A stretch of 64,000 nt of DNA from Candidatus Raskinella chloraquaticus (GTDB taxonomy: Bacteria; Pseudomonadota; Alphaproteobacteria; Rhizobiales; UBA4765): positions 67,330 through 131,329 of the forward strand of contig DEZK01000012.1 of NCBI GenBank assembly GCA_002365175.1, in the 5' to 3' direction. Position 1 is the first letter of the stretch. Each line of letters starts with the position of its first letter. The notes beneath the pieces are model-generated. The model was not told where the DNA came from. It was given only the letters and a program-made list of their open reading frames with translations, and did no database searches. The position numbers were made by a program, and so were the translations under genes. Below, in pieces: positions 28,321-38,623 of this stretch.

Positions 28321-29670
28321 CTAGCGCACGCCTTTTTCGCCAAGCCCCTGCGGGCGCCCGACCAGAACAAAGAACGGATCGGCGGCGAGAAGGCGCCTGG
28401 CGACGCGTCTGGCGTCATCAAGCGTCACGGCGCGGATCAGCTCATTGCGCTTGTCGAAATAGTCAATGCCAAGGTCGTCGAGCTGGAGGGCCAGCACCTG
28501 ACCGGCAATCTTGGCGGACGTATCAAAGCGCAGGAGGAACGAGCCGATGAGGAAGGATTTCGCCTTGTCGAGTTCATCCTGTGTCGGCCCCTCAGCCGCC
28601 ATGCGCCTGATCTCGTTTTCCATGATCTCGACGGATTGTGCAGCCTTGTCGTTTCTTACCGATGTCGCGCCGACGAGGAGGCCAGCCTTGTCGAAGGGTT
28701 GAAGCTGGGTCCCGACCGAATAGGCAAGCCCGCGCTTTTCGCGAATTTCGACCCATAGACGCGATGAAAACGAGCCGCCGCCAAAAATATGGTTCATCAC
28801 ACTGGCGGCGATGAAGTCGGGATCGCTGCGCTTCAATCCGGGCAGAGCGAAGCGGATGATCGTTTGCGGCGTATCGAGGTCAGTGACACGGCGCTCGCCC
28901 AAGCCATTGATTTTCGCCTCAGCAATCGGCCGACGGTCGGATGTCGCCGGGAGGGCGGAAAAAACCTTGTCGAGCAGCGGCGCCAGGGTTGCAGCGTCAA
29001 TGTCGCCCACCACCGCGATCTTGAGCGTGTCGCGGGCGACAATCCTGCGATAAAAGCCGCGCACGTCATCAACGGTTATGGCTGGCACACTCTCCAGCGT
29101 GCCCAGGCCGGGGCGCGCATAGGGGTGCCCGGCAAAGACCGTCTGGTTGAACAGGCGGCCGGCGATGGCATTGGGTTCGGTTTCATTCGACCGCAGGCGC
29201 GCCAGAACCGACGCACGGACCCGGTCGAGCGCGCCTTGATCAAAGCGCGGCTCGCTCAAGGCCGCCCGCAGAAGATCAAAGGAGGCTTCACGATTGGCGG
29301 TGAGCGCGCGGATGGAGCCGGAAAGCGTCTCGGCGCCGGCCGAAAATCCGAGTTCCACGACAAGGCGCTGCATCGCCTGCTGGAAGGCTTCCGAATCAAG
29401 TTTGCCCGCGCCCTCATCGAGAAGCGAGGCCATCATATTGCCCACACCCGGCCGGCCTTCCGGATCCTGTGTCGAGCCGCCGCGGAAGGCGAAATCCATG
29501 GCAATCAGCGGAACCGAATGTTCCTCAACCAGCCATGCCTCGATGCCTTTGGGCGAGACAACGCGCTGGATGGTGGTGGCTGATGCCGGGCCGCTCCAGG
29601 AGAGGGCAAGGAAGGCAGCGAGCCACAGGGCGCTGCGCGTGATCTTCGACATATACATTCTCCGCTTCAT
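28321..29670 (-). CDS. M16-family peptidase subunit lacking the HxxEH motif (probably non-catalytic partner)
   Basis: 449 aa with a signal peptide (AAFLALSWSGPASA) and insulinase-family architecture. I see no HxxEH zinc motif. Confidence 0.8.
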   Translation of the reverse strand: MKRRMYMSKITRSALWLAAFLALSWSGPASATTIQRVVSPKGIEAWLVEEHSVPLIAMDFAFRGGSTQDPEGRPGVGNMMASLLDEGAGKLDSEAFQQAMQRLVVELGFSAGAETLSGSIRALTANREASFDLLRAALSEPRFDQGALDRVRASVLARLRSNETEPNAIAGRLFNQTVFAGHPYARPGLGTLESVPAITVDDVRGFYRRIVARDTLKIAVVGDIDAATLAPLLDKVFSALPATSDRRPIAEAKINGLGERRVTDLDTPQTIIRFALPGLKRSDPDFIAASVMNHIFGGGSFSSRLWVEIREKRGLAYSVGTQLQPFDKAGLLVGATSVRNDKAAQSVEIMENEIRRMAAEGPTQDELDKAKSFLIGSFLLRFDTSAKIAGQVLALQLDDLGIDYFDKRNELIRAVTLDDARRVARRLLAADPFFVLVGRPQGLGEKGVR

Positions 29671-29675
29671 CCGCC

Positions 29676-31064
29676 TCAGCTGCGTTTGCCTTCAGCCCGT
29701 GACAGGGTGCCGGTGACCGAGCGGCGCACATCAAGCCATTCGCGGGCCGCCTTGTTGACGTCCTCGACGCGGACCTTGGCGACGCGAGCAGGCCAGGACT
29801 GCAATTCTTCCAGGCTCATGCCCTCCATCAGGCTTGACCCGAAAATACGGGCAACCTGGCTCATGCTGTCCTGCGAGGTGATGGCACTGGCAAGCGAGGC
29901 GTTGACCGCACGCGCCACCTCGTCCTCGCTCACGCCCTTGTCGACGATTTCGGCAATGACGGCATCGATGGCAGCCTCGATCTGATCGAAACTAACACCG
30001 GGGCGCGGATTGGCTGAAAAAACAAATCGCCCGTAATCAAGCCCTGAGCCGGAAAAACCGGCATTGGCGTTGGCCGCGATCTGCCCGTCGATGACCAGCT
30101 TCTTGTAGAGCCGGCCGGTCTGGTTGCCGAGGATTTCACTTAGAATATCAAGAGCCTCGATCGTTCCATCCTTCAGCGTGTTGGCTGAAGGGGTCAGATA
30201 ACTGCGGGTCCAGGACGGCGTCTGCACCCGCGGATCCTGCATGGCAAGGCGACGCGCAGCGCGGGCGGGCGGCTCGGTCGGGCGCTGGCGTTGCAGGTCA
30301 CTGTCCGCGACGCGGCGTTCTACCTTGCCATAGGTAGCCTCGGCAAGAGCCTTGACCTCGTCGACAGCTACATCGCCGGCAATCACCAGAACCGCATTAT
30401 TGGGCGTGTAATAGCGTCGGTAAAAGCTGATCGCATCATCGAGTGTCAGGCCACGCATCTCATGATCCCAGCCGATGATCGGGATACGGTAGGGATGATG
30501 GAGATAAAGAGCGGCGGCGGTCTGTTCGGCAAATTGTGCGGAGGGAATATTATCAACCACCTGGCGACGCTCTTCCAGAATGACCTCGCGTTCGGAATCA
30601 ACCACATCCTTGGTGAGACGCAGATTGGTCATGCGGTCGGATTCAAATTCCATCAGCTGTGCCAGACGGGATTTTTCCGTGCGCTGGAAATAGCCGGTGT
30701 AGTCCCATGAGGTGAAGGCGTTTTCCTGCCCGCCTATCGCGCCCAGCCATTGCGAAAAACGGCCGGAGGGATGACGCTCGGTGCCCTTGAACATGAGATG
30801 CTCGAGAAAATGAGCGATACCTGACTTGCCCTTCGGCTCATCTGCGGAGCCGACCCGGTACCATACCATGTGCATGACCACGCCCAGGCGGCGATCGGGC
30901 AGTACCACCACCTGCATACCATTATTCAGAGTAAAGCTGCTGGCGTTCGGGGCAAAGGTTGATACGGGAATGCGCGCTGGCGTGGCCGCGTCCTGAGCGC
31001 TGACGGGGCCCCCGCTGGCGAGGATAAGCCCGCACAGAAATATGACGCGCGACATCATCCGCAT
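29676..31064 (-). CDS. M16-family zinc peptidase (catalytic subunit)
   Basis: 462 aa with a signal peptide and the inverted zinc motif HFLEHLMFKG (HxxEH). Confidence 0.85.
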   Translation of the reverse strand: MRMMSRVIFLCGLILASGGPVSAQDAATPARIPVSTFAPNASSFTLNNGMQVVVLPDRRLGVVMHMVWYRVGSADEPKGKSGIAHFLEHLMFKGTERHPSGRFSQWLGAIGGQENAFTSWDYTGYFQRTEKSRLAQLMEFESDRMTNLRLTKDVVDSEREVILEERRQVVDNIPSAQFAEQTAAALYLHHPYRIPIIGWDHEMRGLTLDDAISFYRRYYTPNNAVLVIAGDVAVDEVKALAEATYGKVERRVADSDLQRQRPTEPPARAARRLAMQDPRVQTPSWTRSYLTPSANTLKDGTIEALDILSEILGNQTGRLYKKLVIDGQIAANANAGFSGSGLDYGRFVFSANPRPGVSFDQIEAAIDAVIAEIVDKGVSEDEVARAVNASLASAITSQDSMSQVARIFGSSLMEGMSLEELQSWPARVAKVRVEDVNKAAREWLDVRRSVTGTLSRAEGKRS

Positions 31065-31195
31065 GGGAAACCTCCGGACTCAGGATCAAACAGGGGATTA
31101 TGAACGCGGCATGGCGTGGGCAGAGCGTTAATGCTCCAGATGGCAGCCAGGCGGTCGGGAAAAAGGCAATGTACCGTCCGCGACATTCGCCGCTA

Positions 31196-32059
31196 TCAAC
31201 CGTTCAACAGCCGTTGCCACCACGGACGATCGTCTTTCTGATTTGGCGCTGGTGCTGGCGATGGCGCTCCGACGGCCGAATCCGGTGCCGGGACCCGCAG
31301 GCTCGTCGGCGGATCGATCACCGAATTGCGTTTTGCCGCCTTCGCAGCATCAAGTCGCGAGGTATCAATACGGTCGAGCGTTCCTTCGAAGGTGCTATTG
31401 GAGCCGTTATTCTGGTCAATATAGTCGCGCGCTTCGCCGACGCGTTCTCTGCGTACGCGATCACGCACATCGACCGTCTCATCGACTTCGAACAAGCTCC
31501 ATCCGCTGCCTTCCTCCGGCTTGGTCCACCCACGCTCGAGTTCCTCGCGCGAGAGAACGATGCCGCCACCCTCGAAGCGCAGCTCCCGCGGGGCATTTGG
31601 ATCAGAAGAAGTTCCCGAGCCGCGACCAGCCTCGATCTCTTCGATCGTCAGACGCTTGATCTGATTATCGTCGAACTGTTCCCGCCGCAAACCATCCCGT
31701 TGACGGGCGATGCGCTGTTTGCGTGCTTCATCCGGATCGACCGGCCAATTCGGGTTGGCGGCGGCAATTTCAGCCGAATCCTCAGGCGGGCGCAAGCGGC
31801 CGGCAGCCTGCGGCGGCGGCAGAGCCAGCGGCGCGCGCGGGGTATAGGTGATTTTTTCGCGTTGCGGGGGGATGATCCCGGCGCTCGCCAGGGCGCCGCC
31901 GATCACCCTCTGCTCAAAATTTTCCAGCGGATCCTCGCGAAACTGACCGTTGCGATCAAGTCCTCCGCAGCCGGCAAGCAGCGCTGTTGCACAGGCAATC
32001 AGCGCGAAGCGCGCCTGCCAGCGAGACGTCGGATAGGGGTGACCAGACATATTTCGCAT
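31196..32059 (-). CDS. lipoprotein (DUF3035-like) downstream of lspA
   Basis: The lipobox ALLAGC follows a hydrophobic h-region. I take the start at M36 of the track ORF (ATG 32059), which avoids an overlap with lspA. The remainder is charged and Pro-rich. A DUF3035 lipoprotein is the usual neighbour of lspA in alphaproteobacteria. Confidence 0.6.
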   Translation of the reverse strand: MRNMSGHPYPTSRWQARFALIACATALLAGCGGLDRNGQFREDPLENFEQRVIGGALASAGIIPPQREKITYTPRAPLALPPPQAAGRLRPPEDSAEIAAANPNWPVDPDEARKQRIARQRDGLRREQFDDNQIKRLTIEEIEAGRGSGTSSDPNAPRELRFEGGGIVLSREELERGWTKPEEGSGWSLFEVDETVDVRDRVRRERVGEARDYIDQNNGSNSTFEGTLDRIDTSRLDAAKAAKRNSVIDPPTSLRVPAPDSAVGAPSPAPAPNQKDDRPWWQRLLNG

Positions 32060-32096
32060 CAGAATTGCGCTCCAGGAACCTGCGGCATCACGAGAT

Positions 32097-32606
32097 TCAC
32101 ATTCCCAACCGCCTGTTATCGGCAAAAACGGACTCATACAGCAATGCCGCCACTCCGGCAACAATAGCTACATCGGCAAGGTTAAAGACATACCAGTTGA
32201 GGTCGCTTCCTAAAGCGCGCAAATGCAGCAAAAAAAAGTCCGCGACGCCTTCATGGAGAAAACGGTCGATGGTGTTGCCCAGCGCGCCGCCGATGATGAG
32301 CGCCAATGACAGTCGGGTCAGCGCGGCGGGCGCGGTGTTGAGCCATAGCCACAAAGCGAGCGAAATGGCGAGCTGGAGAGCGCCAAGGGTCCACTGGCCG
32401 CCTGTGCTGTCGAGCGCCAGCAACCCGTAGGACACGCCCTTATTCCACACCAAAACAACGTCGAGAAACGGGGTCAGCGCGACCGGCTGGTGAATGGCGA
32501 TGTCATAGCTCCACAGCAGCCATAACTTGCTTGCCTGATCGAGCGCACAGATGAGCAGTGCTGCCGCCAGGGCGCGCGGGGCGTGAGCGCTCCACAGGTT
32601 TTTCAC
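32097..32606 (-). CDS. lspA: lipoprotein signal peptidase II
   Basis: 169 aa with four TM segments and the conserved [10 protein letters not shown] and FNLADVAI (catalytic Asp) motifs. Its start overlaps the ileS stop by 4 nt. Confidence 0.9.
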   Translation of the reverse strand: MKNLWSAHAPRALAAALLICALDQASKLWLLWSYDIAIHQPVALTPFLDVVLVWNKGVSYGLLALDSTGGQWTLGALQLAISLALWLWLNTAPAALTRLSLALIIGGALGNTIDRFLHEGVADFFLLHLRALGSDLNWYVFNLADVAIVAGVAALLYESVFADNRRLGM

Positions 32607-35600
32607 GCGGCTTCACCCTGTCGGGCTGTCCATTCGCGCATCGCCACCGCATCGCGCGGGGTGATGTCGGGATAGGCCGGATCGGCGCTGGCGGGGTCGA
32701 AATATTTCCACGAACGGGCACATTTGCGCCCGGACGCGCGTATCACCTCGACAGCGATTCCCGCCATGTCGGACAGGCGGAAGGCGTCGGCTGGTCCCTC
32801 GCCCAGCCGGATGTCAATCGCCGATGTGATGCACAATTCGGCGAAATCGATCGCGTCGACCTCGCCAAGCAATCTTGCATCGGCGATATAGACGACCGGG
32901 GCTGCCTCCAGCGATGAGCCGAGGCGCTTTTGCGCCCGCTCGATTTCAAGCGCGCCATTGACCACACGGCGCAAGCGGCGGGCGGCCTCGAAGCGCGAAG
33001 CGAGCGCCGGGTCTGTCCAGAAGGCCTCAACAGGTTCGAAAAGCGCGGTATGCACCGAGCCCGCTTCGGATGGATAGCGGGCAAGCCACGCCTCCTCGCA
33101 GGTGAAGACGAGGATCGGCGCCAGCCAGGTTGTCATGGCGCGAAAGCAGATGTCGATGACGGTGAGTGCGGCAAGTCTTGTCGGGCTCGATGCCGGATCA
33201 CAATAAAGTGTGTCTTTGCGGATGTCGAAATAGAAGGCCGAAAGATCGCCCGTCATCAGGGTTGTCATGACCGCGATCACCCGCTTGTAGTCGTAAGCGG
33301 CATAGGCGGCGATCACCTCGCGATGCGTCTCGGCCAGACGATGGAGAATATAGCGCTCCAGTTCCGGCATATCGGCAAAGGCCACCAACTGAGCGGGATC
33401 GGCATGGGCGAGCGTGCCCAGCGACCAGCGCAGCGTGTTGCGCAGTTTGCGGTAGGTATCGACGAAGTTTTCGACGATCCTGGGGCCTATGCGCAAATCA
33501 TCCGCATAGTCGGAGGCAGCAACCCACAGGCGCAGAATGTCGGCGCCCGACGATTTGATGACGTCTTGCGGCGCCACGACATTGCCGACCGATTTCGACA
33601 TCTTCTCGCCCTTCTCATCAAGGACGAAACCATGCGTCAGCACCACGTCGAAGGGCGCCCGCCCGCGCGTGCCGCAGCTCTCCAGCAGACTTGACTGGAA
33701 CCAGCCGCGATGCTGGTCGGAGCCTTCGAGATACATCACCCGGTCGCGCCCGCCATCGACGATGCGGTGGATGCCATCAAGGGTCGGAAAGTGCTTTGGC
33801 GTGTTCAGCACATAGGAATGGGTCGAGCCTGAATCAAACCACACATCCAATACGTCAGTGACCATCTCATAGGTTGCCGGATCGTGGTCGAAGGGGGCAA
33901 GGAAGCGCGCGGCAGCGCCTTCCGCAAACCAGGCATCCGCGCCCTCCGCCTCGAAAGCCGCCGCAATCGCCTGATCGACGCGGGCGTCACGCAGCAATTC
34001 CTTCGTCTCGCGATGGACGAAGACGGTGATCGGCACGCCCCAGGCGCGCTGGCGGCTCATCACCCAGTCAGGCTTGTTTTCCACCATGCCGCGTATGCGG
34101 TTCTGCCCGGAAGCTGGCACCCATTCGGTCTGGCTGATCGCTTCAAACGCGGTCTCGCGCAGGGTTGGCTGATTGTCACCCGCTCGGCCATCGGCTGAGA
34201 ACGGCCTGTCCATGGCGATGAACCATTGCGGCGTATTCCTGAAGATAACCGGCTTTTTCGAGCGCCAGGAATGCGGATATTGATGCTTGAGGCGGGCGCG
34301 CGCCACCAGCATGTTGGCGTCGATCAGCGCCTTGATGACGGCCTCGTTGGCATCGCCCTTGTCGCCGTTTTCCTTGATGACGCGCTTGCCCTCGAACCCG
34401 GGAGCCTGCGCGGTATAAACGCTGTCATCATCGACGGTGAAGGGGATGGCGGTGTCGATGCCGCGCTCGGCGAGCGTCCGGCCATTCGCCATCCAGATTT
34501 CAAAATCCTCCCGGCCATGGCCCGGCGCGGTATGGACAAAGCCCGTGCCGGCATCATCCGTCACATGGTCGCCATCGAGCAGGGGGACGTCGAAGGTGTA
34601 GCCAAGGGATGGCTCACGGCCCTTCTGCCCTTCTCCCCTCGCGGGAGAAGGGAAGGCGGCGAGCGGATGGGAACAGGTGGTCCGGGCCAGGGCGTCGGCT
34701 GGAACGTCGCTGACAAAAGACAGCGATATCTTGGCCGAGCTGGCCACATGTTCGGCGAGCTTCTTGGCGATGATGTAGCGCTCGCCGGGCTTCGGCCCGA
34801 AGTCGCGCTCATTGGCAGTGACTTCGTATAGGCCGTACTCAATCTTGCGCGAATAGGCGATGGCGCGGTTGCCGGGAAGCGTCCAAGGGGTCGTCGTCCA
34901 GATGAGGATGGAGGCATCCTTAAGCTGAGGATGTTCAGGAATGCTCATGGCTGGAACAATGTTGTAAGCTGGAAGAGGCGCTTCCTTCACCGGAAACTTC
35001 ACCCACACCATATCGCTCTGGTGGTCGTGATATTCGATCTCGGCCTCAGCCAGCGCCGTCTTTTCCACGACCGACCACATCACCGGCTTCGAGCCGCGAT
35101 AGAGGAGGCCGTTCTCCTTGAACTTCATGATTTCACGCGCGATCTGCGCTTCGGCAGGATAGGTCATGGTCTGATAGGGATTATCCCAGTCACCCGTGAC
35201 ACCGAGGCGCTTGAATTCCTCGCGCTGGATGTTGAGCCAGTTGGTGGCGTAGGCGCGGCATTCGGCGCGGAAGGCGTTGATTGCAGCACCGCTGGAAAGG
35301 TCCGGCTTCGGCTTGCCCTTGGCGCGGTATTCCTCCTCGATGCGCCATTCGATCGGCAGGCCGTGACAATCCCAGCCCGGCACGTAGTTTGAATCAAAAC
35401 CCAGCATTGATTGCGACCGCGTCACCAGATCCTTCAGGATCTTGTTCAGCGCATGGCCGATATGGATGTTGCCATTGGCGTAGGGCGGGCCATCATGCAG
35501 CACGAATTTCGGCTTGCCCTTCGCCGCCTCGCGCAACTTCTTGTAAAGATCGATCTTCGCCCAGCGCTCGATGAGCTGCGGCTCGCGCTGCGGCAGGCCG

Positions 35601-35677
35601 GCACGCATGGCAAAATCGGTCTTTGGCAAAAAAAGTGTCTGCGAATAATCGCGTTCGCCTGATGTCTGGTCGGTCAT
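32603..35677 (-). CDS. ileS: isoleucine--tRNA ligase
   Basis: 1024 aa with the HIGH motif ([15 protein letters not shown]), KMSKS, and the CP1 editing-domain signature [12 protein letters not shown]. Confidence 0.95.
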   Translation of the reverse strand: MTDQTSGERDYSQTLFLPKTDFAMRAGLPQREPQLIERWAKIDLYKKLREAAKGKPKFVLHDGPPYANGNIHIGHALNKILKDLVTRSQSMLGFDSNYVPGWDCHGLPIEWRIEEEYRAKGKPKPDLSSGAAINAFRAECRAYATNWLNIQREEFKRLGVTGDWDNPYQTMTYPAEAQIAREIMKFKENGLLYRGSKPVMWSVVEKTALAEAEIEYHDHQSDMVWVKFPVKEAPLPAYNIVPAMSIPEHPQLKDASILIWTTTPWTLPGNRAIAYSRKIEYGLYEVTANERDFGPKPGERYIIAKKLAEHVASSAKISLSFVSDVPADALARTTCSHPLAAFPSPARGEGQKGREPSLGYTFDVPLLDGDHVTDDAGTGFVHTAPGHGREDFEIWMANGRTLAERGIDTAIPFTVDDDSVYTAQAPGFEGKRVIKENGDKGDANEAVIKALIDANMLVARARLKHQYPHSWRSKKPVIFRNTPQWFIAMDRPFSADGRAGDNQPTLRETAFEAISQTEWVPASGQNRIRGMVENKPDWVMSRQRAWGVPITVFVHRETKELLRDARVDQAIAAAFEAEGADAWFAEGAAARFLAPFDHDPATYEMVTDVLDVWFDSGSTHSYVLNTPKHFPTLDGIHRIVDGGRDRVMYLEGSDQHRGWFQSSLLESCGTRGRAPFDVVLTHGFVLDEKGEKMSKSVGNVVAPQDVIKSSGADILRLWVAASDYADDLRIGPRIVENFVDTYRKLRNTLRWSLGTLAHADPAQLVAFADMPELERYILHRLAETHREVIAAYAAYDYKRVIAVMTTLMTGDLSAFYFDIRKDTLYCDPASSPTRLAALTVIDICFRAMTTWLAPILVFTCEEAWLARYPSEAGSVHTALFEPVEAFWTDPALASRFEAARRLRRVVNGALEIERAQKRLGSSLEAAPVVYIADARLLGEVDAIDFAELCITSAIDIRLGEGPADAFRLSDMAGIAVEVIRASGRKCARSWKYFDPASADPAYPDITPRDAVAMREWTARQGEAA
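34628..34652. repeat. perfect hairpin palindrome embedded in frame in ileS
   Basis: CCCTTCTCCC-CTCGC-GGGAGAAGGG forms a 10-bp stem with a 5-nt loop. On the coding strand it contributes to the peptide [16 protein letters not shown] between HPLAA and [15 protein letters not shown]. Confidence 0.8.
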
Positions 35678-35957
35678 GGCTCGATCTGGGGTTGAGCGGT
35701 CAAATGGCAGGGTTTGTCATGGTGGCGCCCGGTCGGTCCGCCTCGGGCAGCGCGAAGGCTGCACCCGTCAGACGGAGACCGGGCGGCTAATTCGACACTG
35801 GCGAACCATGGCGGACCTCATACCCGTCCTATAGCGGCTGCCGGGCGCTGGCGAAAGGGGCAGGCGACGACAGCATCAATTGACGCCTTGCGATGGCATG
35901 CGATAGTGCCGGTGACGCGGCAGGACCAAGCCGCCAAGATCATCGACGGGAGTAGAC

Positions 35958-36248
35958 ATGGCCAAGGCTTACTGGATCAGCACCTATCATTCGATTTCCG
36001 ACCCGGCGGGTCTTGCCGAATACGCCAAGATCGCCGGTCCGGTGATTTCAGCCGCCGGCGGGCGCTTTCTGGCACGCGGGATTGCCGACAAGGCCTATGA
36101 GGCGGCCGTCAAGGAGCGCACCGTCCTCATCGAATTCGACAGTCTGGAACAGGCGGTCGCCGCCTATGAAAGCGCGGAATACCAGAACGCTGTTGCTATC
36201 GTCGTCAAGGCGGCAAAGCGCGATGTGCGGCTGATCAGCGCCGCCTAA
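35958..36248 (+). CDS. DUF1330 domain-containing protein
   Basis: 96 aa starting MAKAYWISTYHSISDP..., and YESAEYQ, both typical of DUF1330 (dimeric alpha/beta barrel). Confidence 0.75.
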   Translation: MAKAYWISTYHSISDPAGLAEYAKIAGPVISAAGGRFLARGIADKAYEAAVKERTVLIEFDSLEQAVAAYESAEYQNAVAIVVKAAKRDVRLISAA

Positions 36249-37252
36249 TCGGCGGCGTCATCTTCGAGTTTCGCCTGCAGGTCGGTGCGTGGCGCGCTCA
36301 GCGTCGCACTGACGGCATGGCGGGCGTCATCAACATCGCGCCCCATCCGGGCCACCAGCGCGTCGACAGAGGCAAACCGCGCCTCATCGCGCAGGAAGCG
36401 GCAAAATTCGATGCGGATGGACCGGTCGTACAGATCGCCTGAAAAATCCATCACATGAGTTTCAAGGATGGCTGGTCCATCTCCGAACTGGATACGGCGC
36501 CCGTAATTGGCGGCCCCCGCATACCAGGCGCCATCTATCCGCACCCTCACGGCATAGACGCCCTGGCGCAAAACGCAGTTGGCCGGCAGGTTCATATTTG
36601 CCGTCGGAAAGCCCAGATTGCGCCCGCGCTTGTCGCCGTGAACGACCTCGCCTTCGACTGCCCAGCGCCAGCCAAGATCGCCATTGGCCAGATCAAGGTC
36701 GCCAGCCCCCAGCGCCTCGCGGATGAGCGTTGAGGACACGACACGCCCCGCCTTGTCGCTGAAGGCGTCGACATGGGCGGTTGCAAAGCCGTGACGCTGT
36801 CCGGCCTCTTCCAGAAATTGCGGTGTGCCGCCCCTGCCGCGGCCAAAATGAAAGTCAAAGCCGGCAATCGCCATCTGCGCCCGCAGCCCATCACAAAGTA
36901 TTGATTTCACAAAATCTTCCGCAGCAAGTGCAGCCAGTGCCACATCGAAGGGCAGGGCAATGACCGCATCAAGACCGAGGAAGGTGAGAATGCGCGCCTT
37001 CAAGGAGAGCGGGGTGAGACGAAAGACCGGCGCATCCGGCTTGAAATAGGTGCGCGGGTGCGGCTCGAACGTCATCGCCAGCGCCGGAACCCGCCGCGCT
37101 TTGGCCTCGCTGACCGCGCGCCTGATCACCGCCTGGTGGCCGCGATGGACGCCATCGAAATTACCAATGGCGATGACACCGCCGCGCAAAACATCGGGCA
37201 CATCATCGGGGCGGGTAAAAATGCGGGTGCGGGACACGTCGTTCATCTGCAT
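36245..37252 (-). CDS. ribF: bifunctional riboflavin kinase / FMN adenylyltransferase
   Basis: It has GNFDGVHRGH and a C-terminal riboflavin kinase domain (GFPTANM...YAGAANYG). The start is probably the ATG at 37252 (MQMNDV); the track ORF begins at 37285. Confidence 0.9.
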   Translation of the reverse strand: MQMNDVSRTRIFTRPDDVPDVLRGGVIAIGNFDGVHRGHQAVIRRAVSEAKARRVPALAMTFEPHPRTYFKPDAPVFRLTPLSLKARILTFLGLDAVIALPFDVALAALAAEDFVKSILCDGLRAQMAIAGFDFHFGRGRGGTPQFLEEAGQRHGFATAHVDAFSDKAGRVVSSTLIREALGAGDLDLANGDLGWRWAVEGEVVHGDKRGRNLGFPTANMNLPANCVLRQGVYAVRVRIDGAWYAGAANYGRRIQFGDGPAILETHVMDFSGDLYDRSIRIEFCRFLRDEARFASVDALVARMGRDVDDARHAVSATLSAPRTDLQAKLEDDAAD

Positions 37253-37469
37253 GGCGGGCAAGTCTGGTGCCTTGTCGCCAGGCAATGGTCAAGCGCCCGC
37301 AAAATTTGTCACGACATTTCGCAAATAAAAATGACGCCCGTTAACGAAAATTTTGGGAGATTTGCCTAATTCTCTCCGCAACACCCGTATCCACCCCTTC
37401 GGGTTGTCGTTTAGTTGTCGAAGAGCTCGAATTGGGGAATTCGGGCGCCCCGCGTACTAAGAGGCCGCC

Positions 37470-37853
37470 ATGGCAGTCGATACCACGATGTCCGTACTTG
37501 TTGTCGATGACTACAAGACAATGATCCGCATCATCCGCAATCTTCTGAAGCAGATCGGCTTTGAGGATGTTGATGAAGCCAGTGACGGCACGGAGGCGCT
37601 GTCAAAGATGAAAGAGCGCAAATACGGGCTTGTCATCTCTGACTGGAACATGGAGCCGATGACCGGCTACGAGCTTCTCAAGGAAGTGCGCTCCGACGCG
37701 ACGCTGAACCGCACGCCCTTCATCATGGTCACCGCGGAATCGAAAACCGAAAACGTGATCGCCGCGAAAAAAGCTGGGGTGAATAACTACATCGTGAAGC
37801 CGTTCAATGCGCAGACATTGAAAGGCAAGATCGAAGCGGTATTTGCTGAATAA
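37470..37853 (+). CDS. cheY: single-domain response regulator, CheY type
   Basis: 127 aa, closely colinear with E. coli CheY. It keeps VVDD (D12/D13), ISDWNMEPM (D57), MVTAES (T87), Y at the Y106 position (NNYIVKPF) and K109. Confidence 0.85.
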   Translation: MAVDTTMSVLVVDDYKTMIRIIRNLLKQIGFEDVDEASDGTEALSKMKERKYGLVISDWNMEPMTGYELLKEVRSDATLNRTPFIMVTAESKTENVIAAKKAGVNNYIVKPFNAQTLKGKIEAVFAE

Positions 37854-37928
37854 ATATCCGTTTTTGATGATCTGTCTTAATACTGCGCCCAGGCAATGCT
37901 GTGGCGGTGTGGTTGCGTGGAGTGTGTC

Positions 37929-38603
37929 ATGGCCCGGCTGTCGAAAGCTCATCTGTCGCGTCTTGAATCCTATCTGAAGAACGATGATCGATCCGAGCCT
38001 TCACTGCGCGACGTCATGGCGCTGGCCGAGCTGACCACCGAATCGCTGCAAAGCTTCTACTCGCGCTTCGACCGCGAGGTTTACGGCGAACTGGTCGGTA
38101 TCAGCGAATATATTCTCACCATGCGCCGCGAGATCGCCAGCCTTGGCGTTACCGACCTCAAGGAAACGCGCCTGCCATCAGCGGGCATTGAGCTTGACGA
38201 AATCGTCCGCTCGACCGAAGAGGCGACCAATACCATCATGACGTGCGCTGAAGATCTGTTCACCCTCGGGCCGGACAGCGACAATCTCAGCGACAAGATC
38301 GGCGATGCGGCTACCCGCATCATGGAGGCCTGCGCCTTCCAGGACCTCACCGGCCAGCGCATCGCCAAGGTGGTCGAGACGCTGAAAGCCATCGAATCGC
38401 GCGTCTCGCGCTTTGCCGCCGCCGTCGGCTCGACCGAAGGCAAGACGGAGCTTGATGCCAATGAAGAGGCACGCGCCAAACGCAAGCACGATCTGCTGCT
38501 CAACGGTCCGCAATCCAAAAGCGACGCCGTCAAGCAAACCGACGTCGATGCCATGATGGCAGGCGGCTCGGACCAGGACGCCATCGACCGCCTGTTTGGC
38601 TGA
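37929..38603 (+). CDS. cheZ: CheZ-like CheY-P phosphatase
   Basis: It has the active-site helix motif ACAFQDLTGQRIAK (E. coli CheZ D143/Q147 equivalent) and a C-terminal CheY-binding-like peptide SDQDAIDRLFG. I take the start at the ATG at 37929 (MARLSKA). Confidence 0.75.
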   Translation: MARLSKAHLSRLESYLKNDDRSEPSLRDVMALAELTTESLQSFYSRFDREVYGELVGISEYILTMRREIASLGVTDLKETRLPSAGIELDEIVRSTEEATNTIMTCAEDLFTLGPDSDNLSDKIGDAATRIMEACAFQDLTGQRIAKVVETLKAIESRVSRFAAAVGSTEGKTELDANEEARAKRKHDLLLNGPQSKSDAVKQTDVDAMMAGGSDQDAIDRLFG

Positions 38604-38623
38604 GCGCGCACCAGCCCTCGGCC

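Noticed and set aside
35678-35957. 280-nt region upstream of ileS as a possible T-box or leader, and a TTGACG-N16-GATAGT sigma-70-like promoter (35880-35907) for the DUF1330 gene
   Set aside because: I could identify no T-box specifier or antiterminator sequences, and T-boxes are not expected in alphaproteobacteria. The promoter match is plausible but unsupported by anything other than hexamer similarity, so I did not list it as a feature.
37286-37469. Possible CtrA (TTAA-N7-TTAA) or FliA-type motif upstream of cheY (TTAACGAAAATTTTGGG)
   Set aside because: Only one TTAA half-site is present, and the second half reads TTTG. I see no credible sigma-28 -35/-10 pair.
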